A stretch of 64,000 nucleotides of DNA, from positions 82,675-146,674 of the forward strand of contig CAJVYQ010000002.1 in the NCBI GenBank assembly GCA_913009825.1. Reading direction: 5' to 3'. A program made the translations under genes and the position numbers. The DNA comes from an uncultured Deferribacteres bacterium (lineage in GTDB: Bacteria > Zhuqueibacterota > JdFR-76 > DREG01). The notes below the pieces were generated by a model that worked only from the letters and a program-made list of their open reading frames with translations, was not told the DNA's origin and made no database searches. Of this stretch, positions 24,201 through 32,700 are shown in pieces. Position 1 is the stretch's first letter; the number at the start of each line of letters is the position of its first letter.

Positions 24201-27200
24201 CAATCGACAATGAACAAAGCCGTAAACGAGCCCAATGTTAATACCGGACAAACTTTTGATATCGACGTGAATGTTTTTAACGGCGGTGGAGAAGCGGTTA
24301 AAAATGTCAGGGTTGCGCTGCAGAGTGACGATGCCTCCACATTTAATACCCCGGTAACTATTTCACGCATAGCGGCGGGAAATGCCGGCGTCGCCTCTTT
24401 CCATGTGATTGTTTCCAGCAATGTCGATTCCGTTGAGACATTTACCGCCGCTATCCTCTCGGCTATATCCGAAAACACCGGACAGCCGGTGGATATCGCA
24501 CCTGCTCAGGATTCCACTGCCACGGCGTTCGTCCGAAAGCCGGGTGGTTTGCAGGTTCTTTCCGTGACCACTTCCCAGGATACGGTAAGCGCCGGACAGA
24601 GGTGGCCGAGAACCTGGGATATTTACGTTGCGGTGAAAGATACCGGAGATGCGGCTCTGGAGTTCAAGTCGGTTAGTAAAGAGAATATTCAGTTTTCGAT
24701 TAGCGGCAATGTGCAAACCGACTATTTAGTCATTCCTCCCACGTCCCTTGGGGGTGAGGATTTTATTTTAGCCGGCGGAGAAATTGATACGTTGATTTAC
24801 ACGGTTCGAACCACCGGCGGTTTGGGCGGTAATGTGACCATTGCAGCCAATGTTTCTGCAGAGGATAAAAACGATCAGAGAACCGTTACCGCATCGGGAA
24901 ACGGGTTTATACGGGTTAACACGGCTGCCGAAGTAAGAATATTCCGTACCGTGATAAGTTCATCCAATCCGGCGGATGTAAACACAAGGCAGATTTTTTA
25001 CATTGCCGCCGAGATTGAAAATGGGGGTTCCGAAGCAGTGGAAAATATGCATCTCAGTCTCTCCACCAACGGTCCGTCCCAAATTATTGATAAAACCAAA
25101 CTGGTGAATTCCATTGCTGTGAACAAAACGGAAACGGTTCTGTTTGCCGTAAAAGCTGATTCTGTGGAGAACCTTGTTGGTGAGACTTTCATTGTTACCA
25201 TTGACAGCGCCAAATCGGCGGTCAGCCATGAACCGGCTCTTGTCCGTGTTCCCGCCGATAATAACGCTGCGGTTAAAATTGAAAAGCCCGCCGAAGCGCG
25301 TTTGGAAATTGAATTGAACGACCGGGACGGTATTTTAACGGCTAACCAATTGTTGGATGTAAAATTGTTTTTGCGTAACGAAGGGACGGCGGCTTTTAAA
25401 GGAACAGGGCAGATTGAGTTGGTTATACCTGAAAATTTTCGCAAAATAATGCCGTCCGATACCTTTTATGTTGCAAGAGACACCGTTTTGATTTCCGCTA
25501 GTAATCCTGCCCAATGGCAATTTCTGGCGCCCGATTCTTCCCAGGGACCGGATACGTTATTTGCCAACTGGATTATGTCTCCCCTGGATGAAAACACAAA
25601 CGCCGCCGCAGATATTTTTGCGCCGGCAGATACGATGGAATTAACCACTATAGGTAAAAATGAGATTATCGGATCACTGGCAATTGTATCTCCGGATGGC
25701 GCAACAGATAATGTCGTTTCCACGGAACAGGAATTCGTCCTGCGCCTGACCGCAACAACATCGCAGAATTTGCAGGATGTGACCGCCACGCTTATTCTGC
25801 CCGCTAATTATTCCACCGTTTCAAATTTGGTGCAAAAGGTACCGAATGACACTTTATTATGGACAATCAGAGCTCCGGAAATAAAGGATCAGACGGAGAA
25901 AAATATCATCGTAAAATTACAGGCGAAAGATGATAACAATTCCGTTTTTAACGGCGATCCGGACACGCTGAAAATTAAAACGGTCAGCCGGGCAAATTTG
26001 AATATGAGCGCCGGAATTTCGCAGCCACCCGGCGCCCGGAACGGAGTTTTATCACGCGGACAACAATTTACCATACGGGCGATTATTTCTAACCTGGGGC
26101 AGGCGGATGTCACCGGTTCGGCAGAAATCAGTTTGGATTTGGGGGCGACGGGTGTAACCGTCGCTGAACCGCTAACCGGAACGGTGCATTTTCAACCCGG
26201 CGCCGCTACGTCTGATCCCGTTGACTGGAGTGCAACGGCGCCCAACGAACTGACTTCATCGGCATTTATCACGGTTCGAATGGAAACAACCCCCAACGAT
26301 GAAAATACAAATCGAACCGCGTTTTATTCGGTGGATGTAATTCAGTTTGAAGTATCCACTATCGAAGCGGCGCAACTTTCCAATAAACTTGAAATTACCG
26401 ATCCGGCCGGTGCGCTGAATGGGGTTTTATCCACGGAGCAGAATTTTACGCTGAAAGCAACCATTCAATCGCAAAACAGCACAAACGTTCGTGCCGAACT
26501 GATTTTGCCTACAGGCGCCAATTTTTTCACCGAAAATGCGGTAAAGACGGCCAACACGGGAACAGATGTTGTTTCGTGGATTGTAAAAGCGCCGGCGACT
26601 ACGGTTCAAAATGCCAAAATATATGTCGTCACCCGGGCTGTGGATGAAAACAGCAATAAACCCATTGAAAGCGACCGGGACTCCATACTTGTAACCGTGC
26701 AGAAAAAAGCAATGCTGGAATTAACGGCCGGCACGCCAAAATCTATTCTTTCTGTCGGCGAAGAATTTGAAATTAGCGCCGTAGTTAATAATTCAGGAGA
26801 AGCGGCTCTTTTAGATGAAGCGGAATTGAGAATTAATTTACCGGCTGGATTTACTACCGCGGCTGATACAATTAAGGAAACTGCGCAACTTACCACTTCC
26901 TGGATTGTGAAAGCGCCATCCGTGCCAAGCAGTGTGCCGCAAAATATCCGGATATCTATCCAACGTACGCCTCTGGATCAGAATACAAATAATTTTGCTA
27001 CGGTGAACATTTCAATCAGTACCGTTGTTGTGCGGGTGGAAGCCAAGCAAATGGAATTTCTAAAACTAACTTCGTTTACTCAATCCTCAATTGCTGAAGG
27101 TGATAAAAATGTACCGTTGTTGGGTTTTCAGCTCAAAAACAGAGGTAGCCGGGGCTCTAACCCAATCCATTTGCGGGGAATAAAAGTTTATATTTATGAT

Positions 27201-27869
27201 AATGACGGCAAGCTGATTTCTCCGCAATCGATGTTTTCCGGTTTAACAGTGCGTAATTTTACAGATACTACCATTGTTTACGGTCATGTAACCAATCTTC
27301 CTGCAGAAAACCCGGTGAGCATCCCGTTCACGAATATCCTAATTCTGACTGCTGGCGCGCCTTATTCTCTTATCGGTATTTACGGGGATGTGTTGCCTGC
27401 TGCGGCAAAGGATATATTCTTTGTAACCGTGGAGAACAATTCTGATGTGGATGCGGTAGACGGCGTAACCAAACAGAGTGTAACCCTGGTTGATGAACGG
27501 GGAATTTCCATCACCAATTTGGATATAAGCTCTACTAAAGCGGTTATTTTGGCTGCTGATTTCAACACCACGTTCAGAAATTTTCCCAATCCATTCGGAA
27601 AGCAGGATCGTCCGACGACAAGTTTTGTTTATTTTTTAGTAAATGATTCGGATGGCGAGCTGCGATTGTTTACTCTGACCGGCGATCTTGTTTGGTTGTA
27701 TAAATTTTCATCATCCGATCCGGCCGGACAACGGGGCATTCATTCGGCAGATATTGTATGGGATGGTAAAAACGGGAATGGTTTCACTGTTTTAAACGGT
27801 GTTTATGTCGCCGTTTTAACAACCGCAGACGGAAGACGTACCGTAACAAAAGTTGCTTTTGTAAAATAG
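18300..27869 (+). CDS. Giant secreted Thr/Ser/Gly-rich Ig-like repeat protein (adhesin/surface protein) with FlgD-Ig/T9SS-type C-terminal domain
   Basis: Signal peptide, ~100-aa tandem beta-rich repeats, C-terminus NFPNPF...IVWDGKNGNG..VLNGVY..KVAFVK. Confidence 0.88.
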   Translation: MFNLKKFFTSFFTYFFIIGFSTVFAQIEAINTEAGISTNYKFTFGITGTLDPSATFSITFPSGFDASNVQIVGSTTMTGGFTNIAATAGTVTFIRDGTGNNASGGGHIITIGIVENPSTSKITGNISFSGANSGGAGLGSASLSNTVTIAPSSLNYFTMTSVPGSATAGATFDGVLVTAKDVYNNDKTDYAGTVSWSSTDGSATLPTTGLTFSGESKTFNGFVLKTSGSQTITVTDGSISKESSVITVSAAAPSSFNISNPGTQVAGSGFSLSITGAVDAYGNSVSGTATVAFSDAGAHASPNATSPTITNITVTNGSGSATQVLVNAESGVQLQATLGSVSQSTNAFTVNATTLNGYTLSNPGSQTAGTGFDLTITDAIDIYGNGVDGTATVELLPSGSHNSPDGFSPSVQNIAVTAASPGTGSAVQILYKSENNVQLRTSMGGIQQTGAAFNVGVSSLSYVKVLTDASGNTGEVGAQTLGAGNTLTVHAGGFDGYGNYNVDEPVSWSVSGGIGNMSPASGTSSTLTASTEGSGSIKADHAAATDGVSGTITVTKGTLSYVRVVEGLSGAGSALGSRTLTAGQSLTVHAAGYDATDNYLGDYTVNWTVSNGIGSFSSGSGASTVFTAETVGNGVITAHHSTATDGASGTITVNYGTFSTFQVAADLNGTNIGNKTAGQSFNISVVAKDAYNNTVQNFTNTANLTDLTGDLNTTTGNFVEGAWTGQIIIMKSKTGNTITASNSGKSGTSNAFNVAPASLEHFTFATVSSPQTAGTDFSVTITAKDVYENTVTSHMAAANLSVNTGAGTFSPTTTGGFTAGVWTGNMTVTKAQTDVKITVSYSSKSGQSNLFNVGSGALYHFSIAPVSSPQTAGAPFSITVTAQDANDNTVTGFSGTVNISNKTASISPVISGNFSNGIWIGNVTITQVKTSDRITVLRTGGGTETGVSNTFDVTTTDIDHFTVATISTPQTAGVAFTITVTAEDANNNKVTGFNGTVSIGDETGSISPKTSGSFSNGVWSDDVSITESKTGNTITVTGAGKSGQSNSFNVNPASLDHFTIAAISSPQVAGAAFGVTITAKDTYENTLTNYTNSAGLSVNTGAGTFSPTTTTGGFTAGGWSGNVTVTKKQADVLLVVKDGSVSDTSNAFNVRAAQVAGITVRDAALGSGNDVGDRSLTLDQTLILYAAGYDQYGNFSHDVTVSWSVTGNLDSPNPSTGNSTVFDPATPNTSGTIVADSATISDATGTITVGAIASIKIRDAANGAGNEITTAQLTADDSLTLYAAGYDAGNTFIGDVQVDWSSTGLVPVVSVISVSGVVFSPIEAPKSGTITATHATAGTKNVTVTVTPGVPTGAISLTADPTALPADNSSTSAITSDVIHDADGNAVASGTLITVSIDDTDLGTITSPDAGAGYAGTQIATDASGKITFVLQAGSVGGKASIFISSVTGSAAGNTVVQITNLRILSIEAPDLVSQGQTSVPVTMTVYNLGDQPITDVTASLSFTGPASQNLNGDYANISTTIPSVPANQQMSILFNVTVSTGATTGIPVTIDGGLSGKVNGNPVSNQGAETTDNWTVQSPASFKITKVATDIDSVTIGQQNLAVEMRVENTGQATAQITNATLHFKKGATNVSSQYSVSPAPANPTSLTGGTADIFEFVVDVSAGAELGTITLDGEIAGTDNNSNRVITDTGADTTDNWEVIAAGVLQITSLTTTQTTVTQGQTTPWYIDLNVKNNGGANFTLDSARISIYIGTEVTQEYTIVNPAKFWNNGLLSSTLPAHGQDKLRFKIDATGVTKGLATIQGRLWVKDEISGSQLSEQTNGNSGSVTVQSPAQLQVVYVLAEKSTFTAGQNTLWRLIANVKNSGESAIRIDTSKAVSSLEFKIGQNVLTDFEVEQPVGIDQQQGAFVLAGGQTGLLTFNIVQTTYSTGTCRIKAIIGGREVNSDRSLNSSNLTFVTIVNSSTVYIQSTMNKAVNEPNVNTGQTFDIDVNVFNGGGEAVKNVRVALQSDDASTFNTPVTISRIAAGNAGVASFHVIVSSNVDSVETFTAAILSAISENTGQPVDIAPAQDSTATAFVRKPGGLQVLSVTTSQDTVSAGQRWPRTWDIYVAVKDTGDAALEFKSVSKENIQFSISGNVQTDYLVIPPTSLGGEDFILAGGEIDTLIYTVRTTGGLGGNVTIAANVSAEDKNDQRTVTASGNGFIRVNTAAEVRIFRTVISSSNPADVNTRQIFYIAAEIENGGSEAVENMHLSLSTNGPSQIIDKTKLVNSIAVNKTETVLFAVKADSVENLVGETFIVTIDSAKSAVSHEPALVRVPADNNAAVKIEKPAEARLEIELNDRDGILTANQLLDVKLFLRNEGTAAFKGTGQIELVIPENFRKIMPSDTFYVARDTVLISASNPAQWQFLAPDSSQGPDTLFANWIMSPLDENTNAAADIFAPADTMELTTIGKNEIIGSLAIVSPDGATDNVVSTEQEFVLRLTATTSQNLQDVTATLILPANYSTVSNLVQKVPNDTLLWTIRAPEIKDQTEKNIIVKLQAKDDNNSVFNGDPDTLKIKTVSRANLNMSAGISQPPGARNGVLSRGQQFTIRAIISNLGQADVTGSAEISLDLGATGVTVAEPLTGTVHFQPGAATSDPVDWSATAPNELTSSAFITVRMETTPNDENTNRTAFYSVDVIQFEVSTIEAAQLSNKLEITDPAGALNGVLSTEQNFTLKATIQSQNSTNVRAELILPTGANFFTENAVKTANTGTDVVSWIVKAPATTVQNAKIYVVTRAVDENSNKPIESDRDSILVTVQKKAMLELTAGTPKSILSVGEEFEISAVVNNSGEAALLDEAELRINLPAGFTTAADTIKETAQLTTSWIVKAPSVPSSVPQNIRISIQRTPLDQNTNNFATVNISISTVVVRVEAKQMEFLKLTSFTQSSIAEGDKNVPLLGFQLKNRGSRGSNPIHLRGIKVYIYDNDGKLISPQSMFSGLTVRNFTDTTIVYGHVTNLPAENPVSIPFTNILILTAGAPYSLIGIYGDVLPAAAKDIFFVTVENNSDVDAVDGVTKQSVTLVDERGISITNLDISSTKAVILAADFNTTFRNFPNPFGKQDRPTTSFVYFLVNDSDGELRLFTLTGDLVWLYKFSSSDPAGQRGIHSADIVWDGKNGNGFTVLNGVYVAVLTTADGRRTVTKVAFVK

Positions 27870-27879
27870 AAGGTTAAAT

Positions 27880-29787
27880 ATGAGAACAAAATTTTTTCGA
27901 TCCCTCTTTTCAGCACTTTTTTTACTGGTCTTTTTAACCGGTGCCACGGCACAGGATGTTCAGGAAGGAGGGATTGCCAGTATTTTTTCCAAAGGAGTAG
28001 GCGCCCGTCAGATGGGTTTGGGCGGCGCGGTTGTGGCTTATCCGCAGGATCCAACGTCCGTTTTCTGGAACCCGGCGGGGATGGAATATTTACAGCAAAA
28101 GAGTTTTTCTCTGTTTTACGCTTCTTTACTGGCAGGTGCGTCCTATAATTTTGCCGGATATGTTCATCCCACGTTAAATATCGGCACCTTTGGCGTTGGC
28201 GTCTCCAGGATTACAACAGGAGATATACATCACTTGGAATTTACACCGGATATTCTGGATAATTTCAGTTCTGACCAGAGTGAATTTTATCTTTCTTATG
28301 CAAAAATCATCCGCAATCTGTTCTCTTTTGGCATAAATTTAAAACTGGAAAGGGAGGTCATTTTTAATTCTTCCGGAGTAGGTTTTGGTGTTGATGTTTC
28401 TTTTCTCTACCGTCCGGGAATTGACAATGTTTTTCTACGGGATATTCAACTGGGTTTGACGGTTTTAAACGCGTACGCGCCCAGAATAAAATTAGAGGAT
28501 CAGATCGAAGCCATTCCCCATCGAATTTTTCTGGGCTTTGCCAAACCGTTCCGGCTTGGCAGAGACCGGAAGCCGCTCTATTTTCTGTTTTCCGTGGAAG
28601 AAGGTGATCGGGAGTCGATCAAATTCAGAACCGGTCTGGAGTACTCTTATCAAAATTTAGGCATGCTGCGATTGGGATTCAATGACGACGGCCTCTCCTT
28701 TGGCGCCGGCGCGGCATATAAACAGTTTCAGCTTGATTATGCATATGGGAAACTGGCAAACGGCACTTACAACGGTCACCGGATTTCTTTTACGGCGCAA
28801 TTCGGGAAAACCAAAGAGGAGCTGTTGGAAGTTGCCAGAGTTAGGAGAGAACGGGAAATCAACCGGAAAGTGGCATTGGAACAACAACGCAAACGGCAAA
28901 AAAACATTCAAAAGCTGTTGAAAGACGCCAACCAACTTTACAAAGAAGAAAAATATTTTGAAGCCAAAGTAAAGTTTTCACAGGTGCTGGAGCTGGATGC
29001 CGATAATCTGGAAGCCGCTGAAATGATCGATGAAAGCGATGCGCGCATGAAAGAGATCAGCGATCAGGATATTCAAAGGATTTTGGCCGCCAGACAGGAG
29101 GAGACAGAAAAAAGTAAGACGGAAGAATATGTAAGCAAACACGTAAAACTGGGACAGGGGTTTCTGACCAAAAGGGATTTCAATTCGGCCATAAGGGAAT
29201 TTAATTTGGCGCTGGAGCGGGTTCCGGAAAGTGAATCGATCAAGGATTTGGTTGACAAAGCAAAAACCGAATTGAAAAAGATAATCAACAAATTAATCGA
29301 TAAAGCCGATAATTTAGCTAAAAAGGGTGAAATTGACGGCGCGCTTGAGTATTTTAATCAAGCCGAACTTCTTAGCATGAATGATGAGGTGCGCTACAAG
29401 GAAATTGAAAAACGGATTTCGCAGCTTGAAACAAAGCTGAATGTTGACGATTATCTCACAACCGGTATCATTGCCTACCGGGCGAAAAACTGGACGGAAG
29501 CCAGAAAGAATTTTGAGAAAGCAATGAAACTGGTGCCGAATGACACCCGGATTACGCGATATTATAAAGAAGCGGAGAGGCGTGAAAATGCCCGGGAAGA
29601 ACGAATGACGCCCGATGTTAATAAGCGTTTTATAAAGGCGTTTAATCTTTATATGAGCGGCCACCTTCAGGAAGCTATCGATATTTGGGAAGCTTTGTTG
29701 GAAAAACAACCATACAATAAAAGGATTATCGATGTCATCGACAAAGCCAAAGATGATTTGAAAAAACAGCAGAGAATAAAAAAATAG
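27880..29787 (+). CDS. PorV/PorQ-like outer-membrane beta-barrel fused to coiled-coil/TPR domain
   Basis: Signal peptide, GVGARQMGLGGA, FWNPAG, LRLG, LDYAY..HRISF barrel end, then TPR helices. Confidence 0.82.
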   Translation: MRTKFFRSLFSALFLLVFLTGATAQDVQEGGIASIFSKGVGARQMGLGGAVVAYPQDPTSVFWNPAGMEYLQQKSFSLFYASLLAGASYNFAGYVHPTLNIGTFGVGVSRITTGDIHHLEFTPDILDNFSSDQSEFYLSYAKIIRNLFSFGINLKLEREVIFNSSGVGFGVDVSFLYRPGIDNVFLRDIQLGLTVLNAYAPRIKLEDQIEAIPHRIFLGFAKPFRLGRDRKPLYFLFSVEEGDRESIKFRTGLEYSYQNLGMLRLGFNDDGLSFGAGAAYKQFQLDYAYGKLANGTYNGHRISFTAQFGKTKEELLEVARVRREREINRKVALEQQRKRQKNIQKLLKDANQLYKEEKYFEAKVKFSQVLELDADNLEAAEMIDESDARMKEISDQDIQRILAARQEETEKSKTEEYVSKHVKLGQGFLTKRDFNSAIREFNLALERVPESESIKDLVDKAKTELKKIINKLIDKADNLAKKGEIDGALEYFNQAELLSMNDEVRYKEIEKRISQLETKLNVDDYLTTGIIAYRAKNWTEARKNFEKAMKLVPNDTRITRYYKEAERRENAREERMTPDVNKRFIKAFNLYMSGHLQEAIDIWEALLEKQPYNKRIIDVIDKAKDDLKKQQRIKK

Positions 29788-29799
29788 AGCGAATGGCAG

Positions 29800-32700
29800 G
29801 TGTTTAAAAAAGTATTAAAAGAAGAACTTCGGGTTGCGGCCGAGAATGCATCGTTGCAAAAATTGCGGGATTTTGTGACCCGTGTCGGCAAAAAGCACCG
29901 CTTTTCCGATAAGCTGATAAATGCATTTAAATTAGCCGTCGATGAAGCCAGTACAAATATTATCCGTCATTCTTATCGGGACCGGACCGGTGAAATTACT
30001 ATTCGGGCAGTGATACGGAAAGAGAGTTTCACCATTTCTTTGATCGATCAGGGCAGATATTTTGATCCCACAAATGTGAAGAACCCGGATCTGAAGCGCT
30101 ATGTCGCCATCGGTAAAAAAGGCGGCCTCGGTATTTTTATGATCCGAAAGTTGGTTGATGATATCAGCTACTCCAAAACTGCTGAAGGGAATGAACTTCG
30201 CTTAACAAAAAATAAAGGGATTGAACGAAAAAAACGATTTGCTCTGCCCAGGGTTCCCGGCTCCATGCGGGTGAAATACTACTCAACCTCCATGGCTATT
30301 GTAAGTTTCATCGTAGTTTTCGGCTATTTTTATAATTATTTTAAAACGGATGGCAAAATCGTTGAAAATTCCCTCGATCGCATGGAATCAATCTCGCGCA
30401 TTTTTGCTCAAAACGTCATCGATGGGCTGCAAGCGGGTGACTTTCTCAGTCTCTCGAAAGCGGCAAAAGTGATTGCGCAGGAAGATTCTTCCTTCCTGAA
30501 AGCGGCCATTGTCACAGATTTGGATAACCTGGTTCAGGGAACCACAGATCCGGAAAAGATTTCGCCTTTCAGTCCGTTTGATTCCGGTCAAAAAACAAAA
30601 TCTATTCGGAAAAACATACAAATTGTCCGGAAAGATATTTCGACTTCAGCCGGAGCAGACGAATATTTTTTGGTAGAAAGACCGGTTTTTTCTCCCGGTG
30701 CTAATGGAAAAGTGCTGATCGGCCGGGTTTATCTTTTTGTTCCCATTAAGCCTGTTTATGATTCCGTTTCCCAAAAAAGAATCGGCGACTTACAAACTGC
30801 GGCACTTATCCTTATTTTAGCCAATTTGGGTGTAGGCTTGCTTATTTTCCTCATTTTAACTCCTCTACAGAAGCTCTCTAATTGGGTGGGTAAAATGGGG
30901 CAGGAAGATATCCGTGATCAAATTGATATCGATACGTCCAATGAAATTGGCAAGATTGCCCAGGCTTTCGGCGAAATTACAGACAAATTCCGTGAAAGTC
31001 AGCGCTCCTTAGCGGATCAGGAAAGAATCCAGCAAGAGATGCACCTGGCCAAAGAGATTCAGCAAACTCTCCTGCCTGCCGGTTTTCCGGATGTACAGGG
31101 ATATGAAATTGCCTCCTATTATGAATCAGCCAAAGAGGTCGGCGGTGATTACTACGATTTTGTTGATGTGGACCGGGATCGGATCGGCGTGGTGGTTGCG
31201 GATGTTTCCGGAAAGGGTGTGCCCGGCTCTCTGGTAATGACCATGATCCGCACAGCACTCCGCACGGAAGCCAGAGGAGTCTCTTCTTCGGCAGAGGTTC
31301 TGGCAAAGGTGAACAACTTTGTCATCGGCGACATCAGAAAAGGCATGTTTGTCACTCTATTTTACACTATTTTGGATTCCCGGAAACGCCGCGTCACATT
31401 TGCCAGCGCCGGTCACAATCCCATGATTCTTTATCGGTTCAGCACCCAAAAAACCTACTACCTTAATCCCAAAGGATTTCCGGTGGGTATTTCTGTAAGT
31501 GATAAAGACCTGTTTACGCAATCAATCGAAGATGATACGATTCAATTGACCAAAGGAGATATCATCCTCTGCTACACGGATGGCATAACCGAGGCGATGA
31601 ATTCCAAACGGGAGCTTTTCGGCGAAGAGAGATTGCTGGAAGTTATCCGTAAATTTGGACATCTTCGCGCCAAACATTTCACCGAAAAACTGAAGGAAGA
31701 ACTCCTCTCTTTTACGGAGGGGCAGGTTCAGTATGATGACATCACCTTTGTGGTGATTAAAGAGAAAATGAGTGCGGAAGAATCGGAGTTCGAACGGGCT
31801 AAAGAGATCTATTATGATATGCTCAATGGCAAATCAATGACAGAGGCCTGTAAAATCCATGGGATGCCGGGTTCCACTTTTTCTCATAAATACCGGGTAA
31901 AACTCGAGGAACTAGGTGTCGAGGAGTTTAAAAAGGAGTTTGAAACCACTTCCGTTGAAGCCAAGCACCTGAGTATCGAGGAATTGACAAAAATTTATGA
32001 TATTATTCGTAAAAATCCTCAATGGGGAGCAAAAAGGATTTCCAACCAATTAATTACCGCAGAGTACGGATTAACAGAGATTCCGGAAAAACGGATTTAC
32101 GAAGAGTTGATCAGAAAACGGTTGAATACAAAAGCTTTGCGGGAGGCCTATGTTAATCGCGGCACCAATAAAAAACGGATGAAACCTCCCGGTACCCCCA
32201 TGCTCACGCTGGATGGGGAGATAATTATGGACGACCAGCTTGGGCCTAAACTCCATGCCCCGGTTTTGGATGAAATGGAGATCGAGAAACCGCTGGTTTT
32301 CGAGGAAAAAGAGGTGGAAAAAAAACCGGTTGCCGAAAAACCAAAGCCGGTGAAAAAACCACCGAAAAAGAAATCCATCGAAGAAAAAGAAACGTCCGAA
32401 TTAATTCTGGAAGATATTATTGAACTATTCGATAAAACCAGGGACAGCGAAGAACCGGCAGAACCATCTGCAACAGGAGATTTGAGTGAGGATTTAAAAC
32501 CTGCAGAGATACCCGAAACCGACGGGTTGGAAGATGTTTCCTCAGATGTGGAATATGACCGGGATATTCAAAAATTGTTGGGAAATATTACAGAGGAACC
32601 GGAAGTTGCCGAACAACACGCCGGGGCGGAAATCGATTTCTCTGATCTGTCTGCTTCCGAATATGCCCAGGATCTTTTCAAAGATAAAACCAATGGTGAC

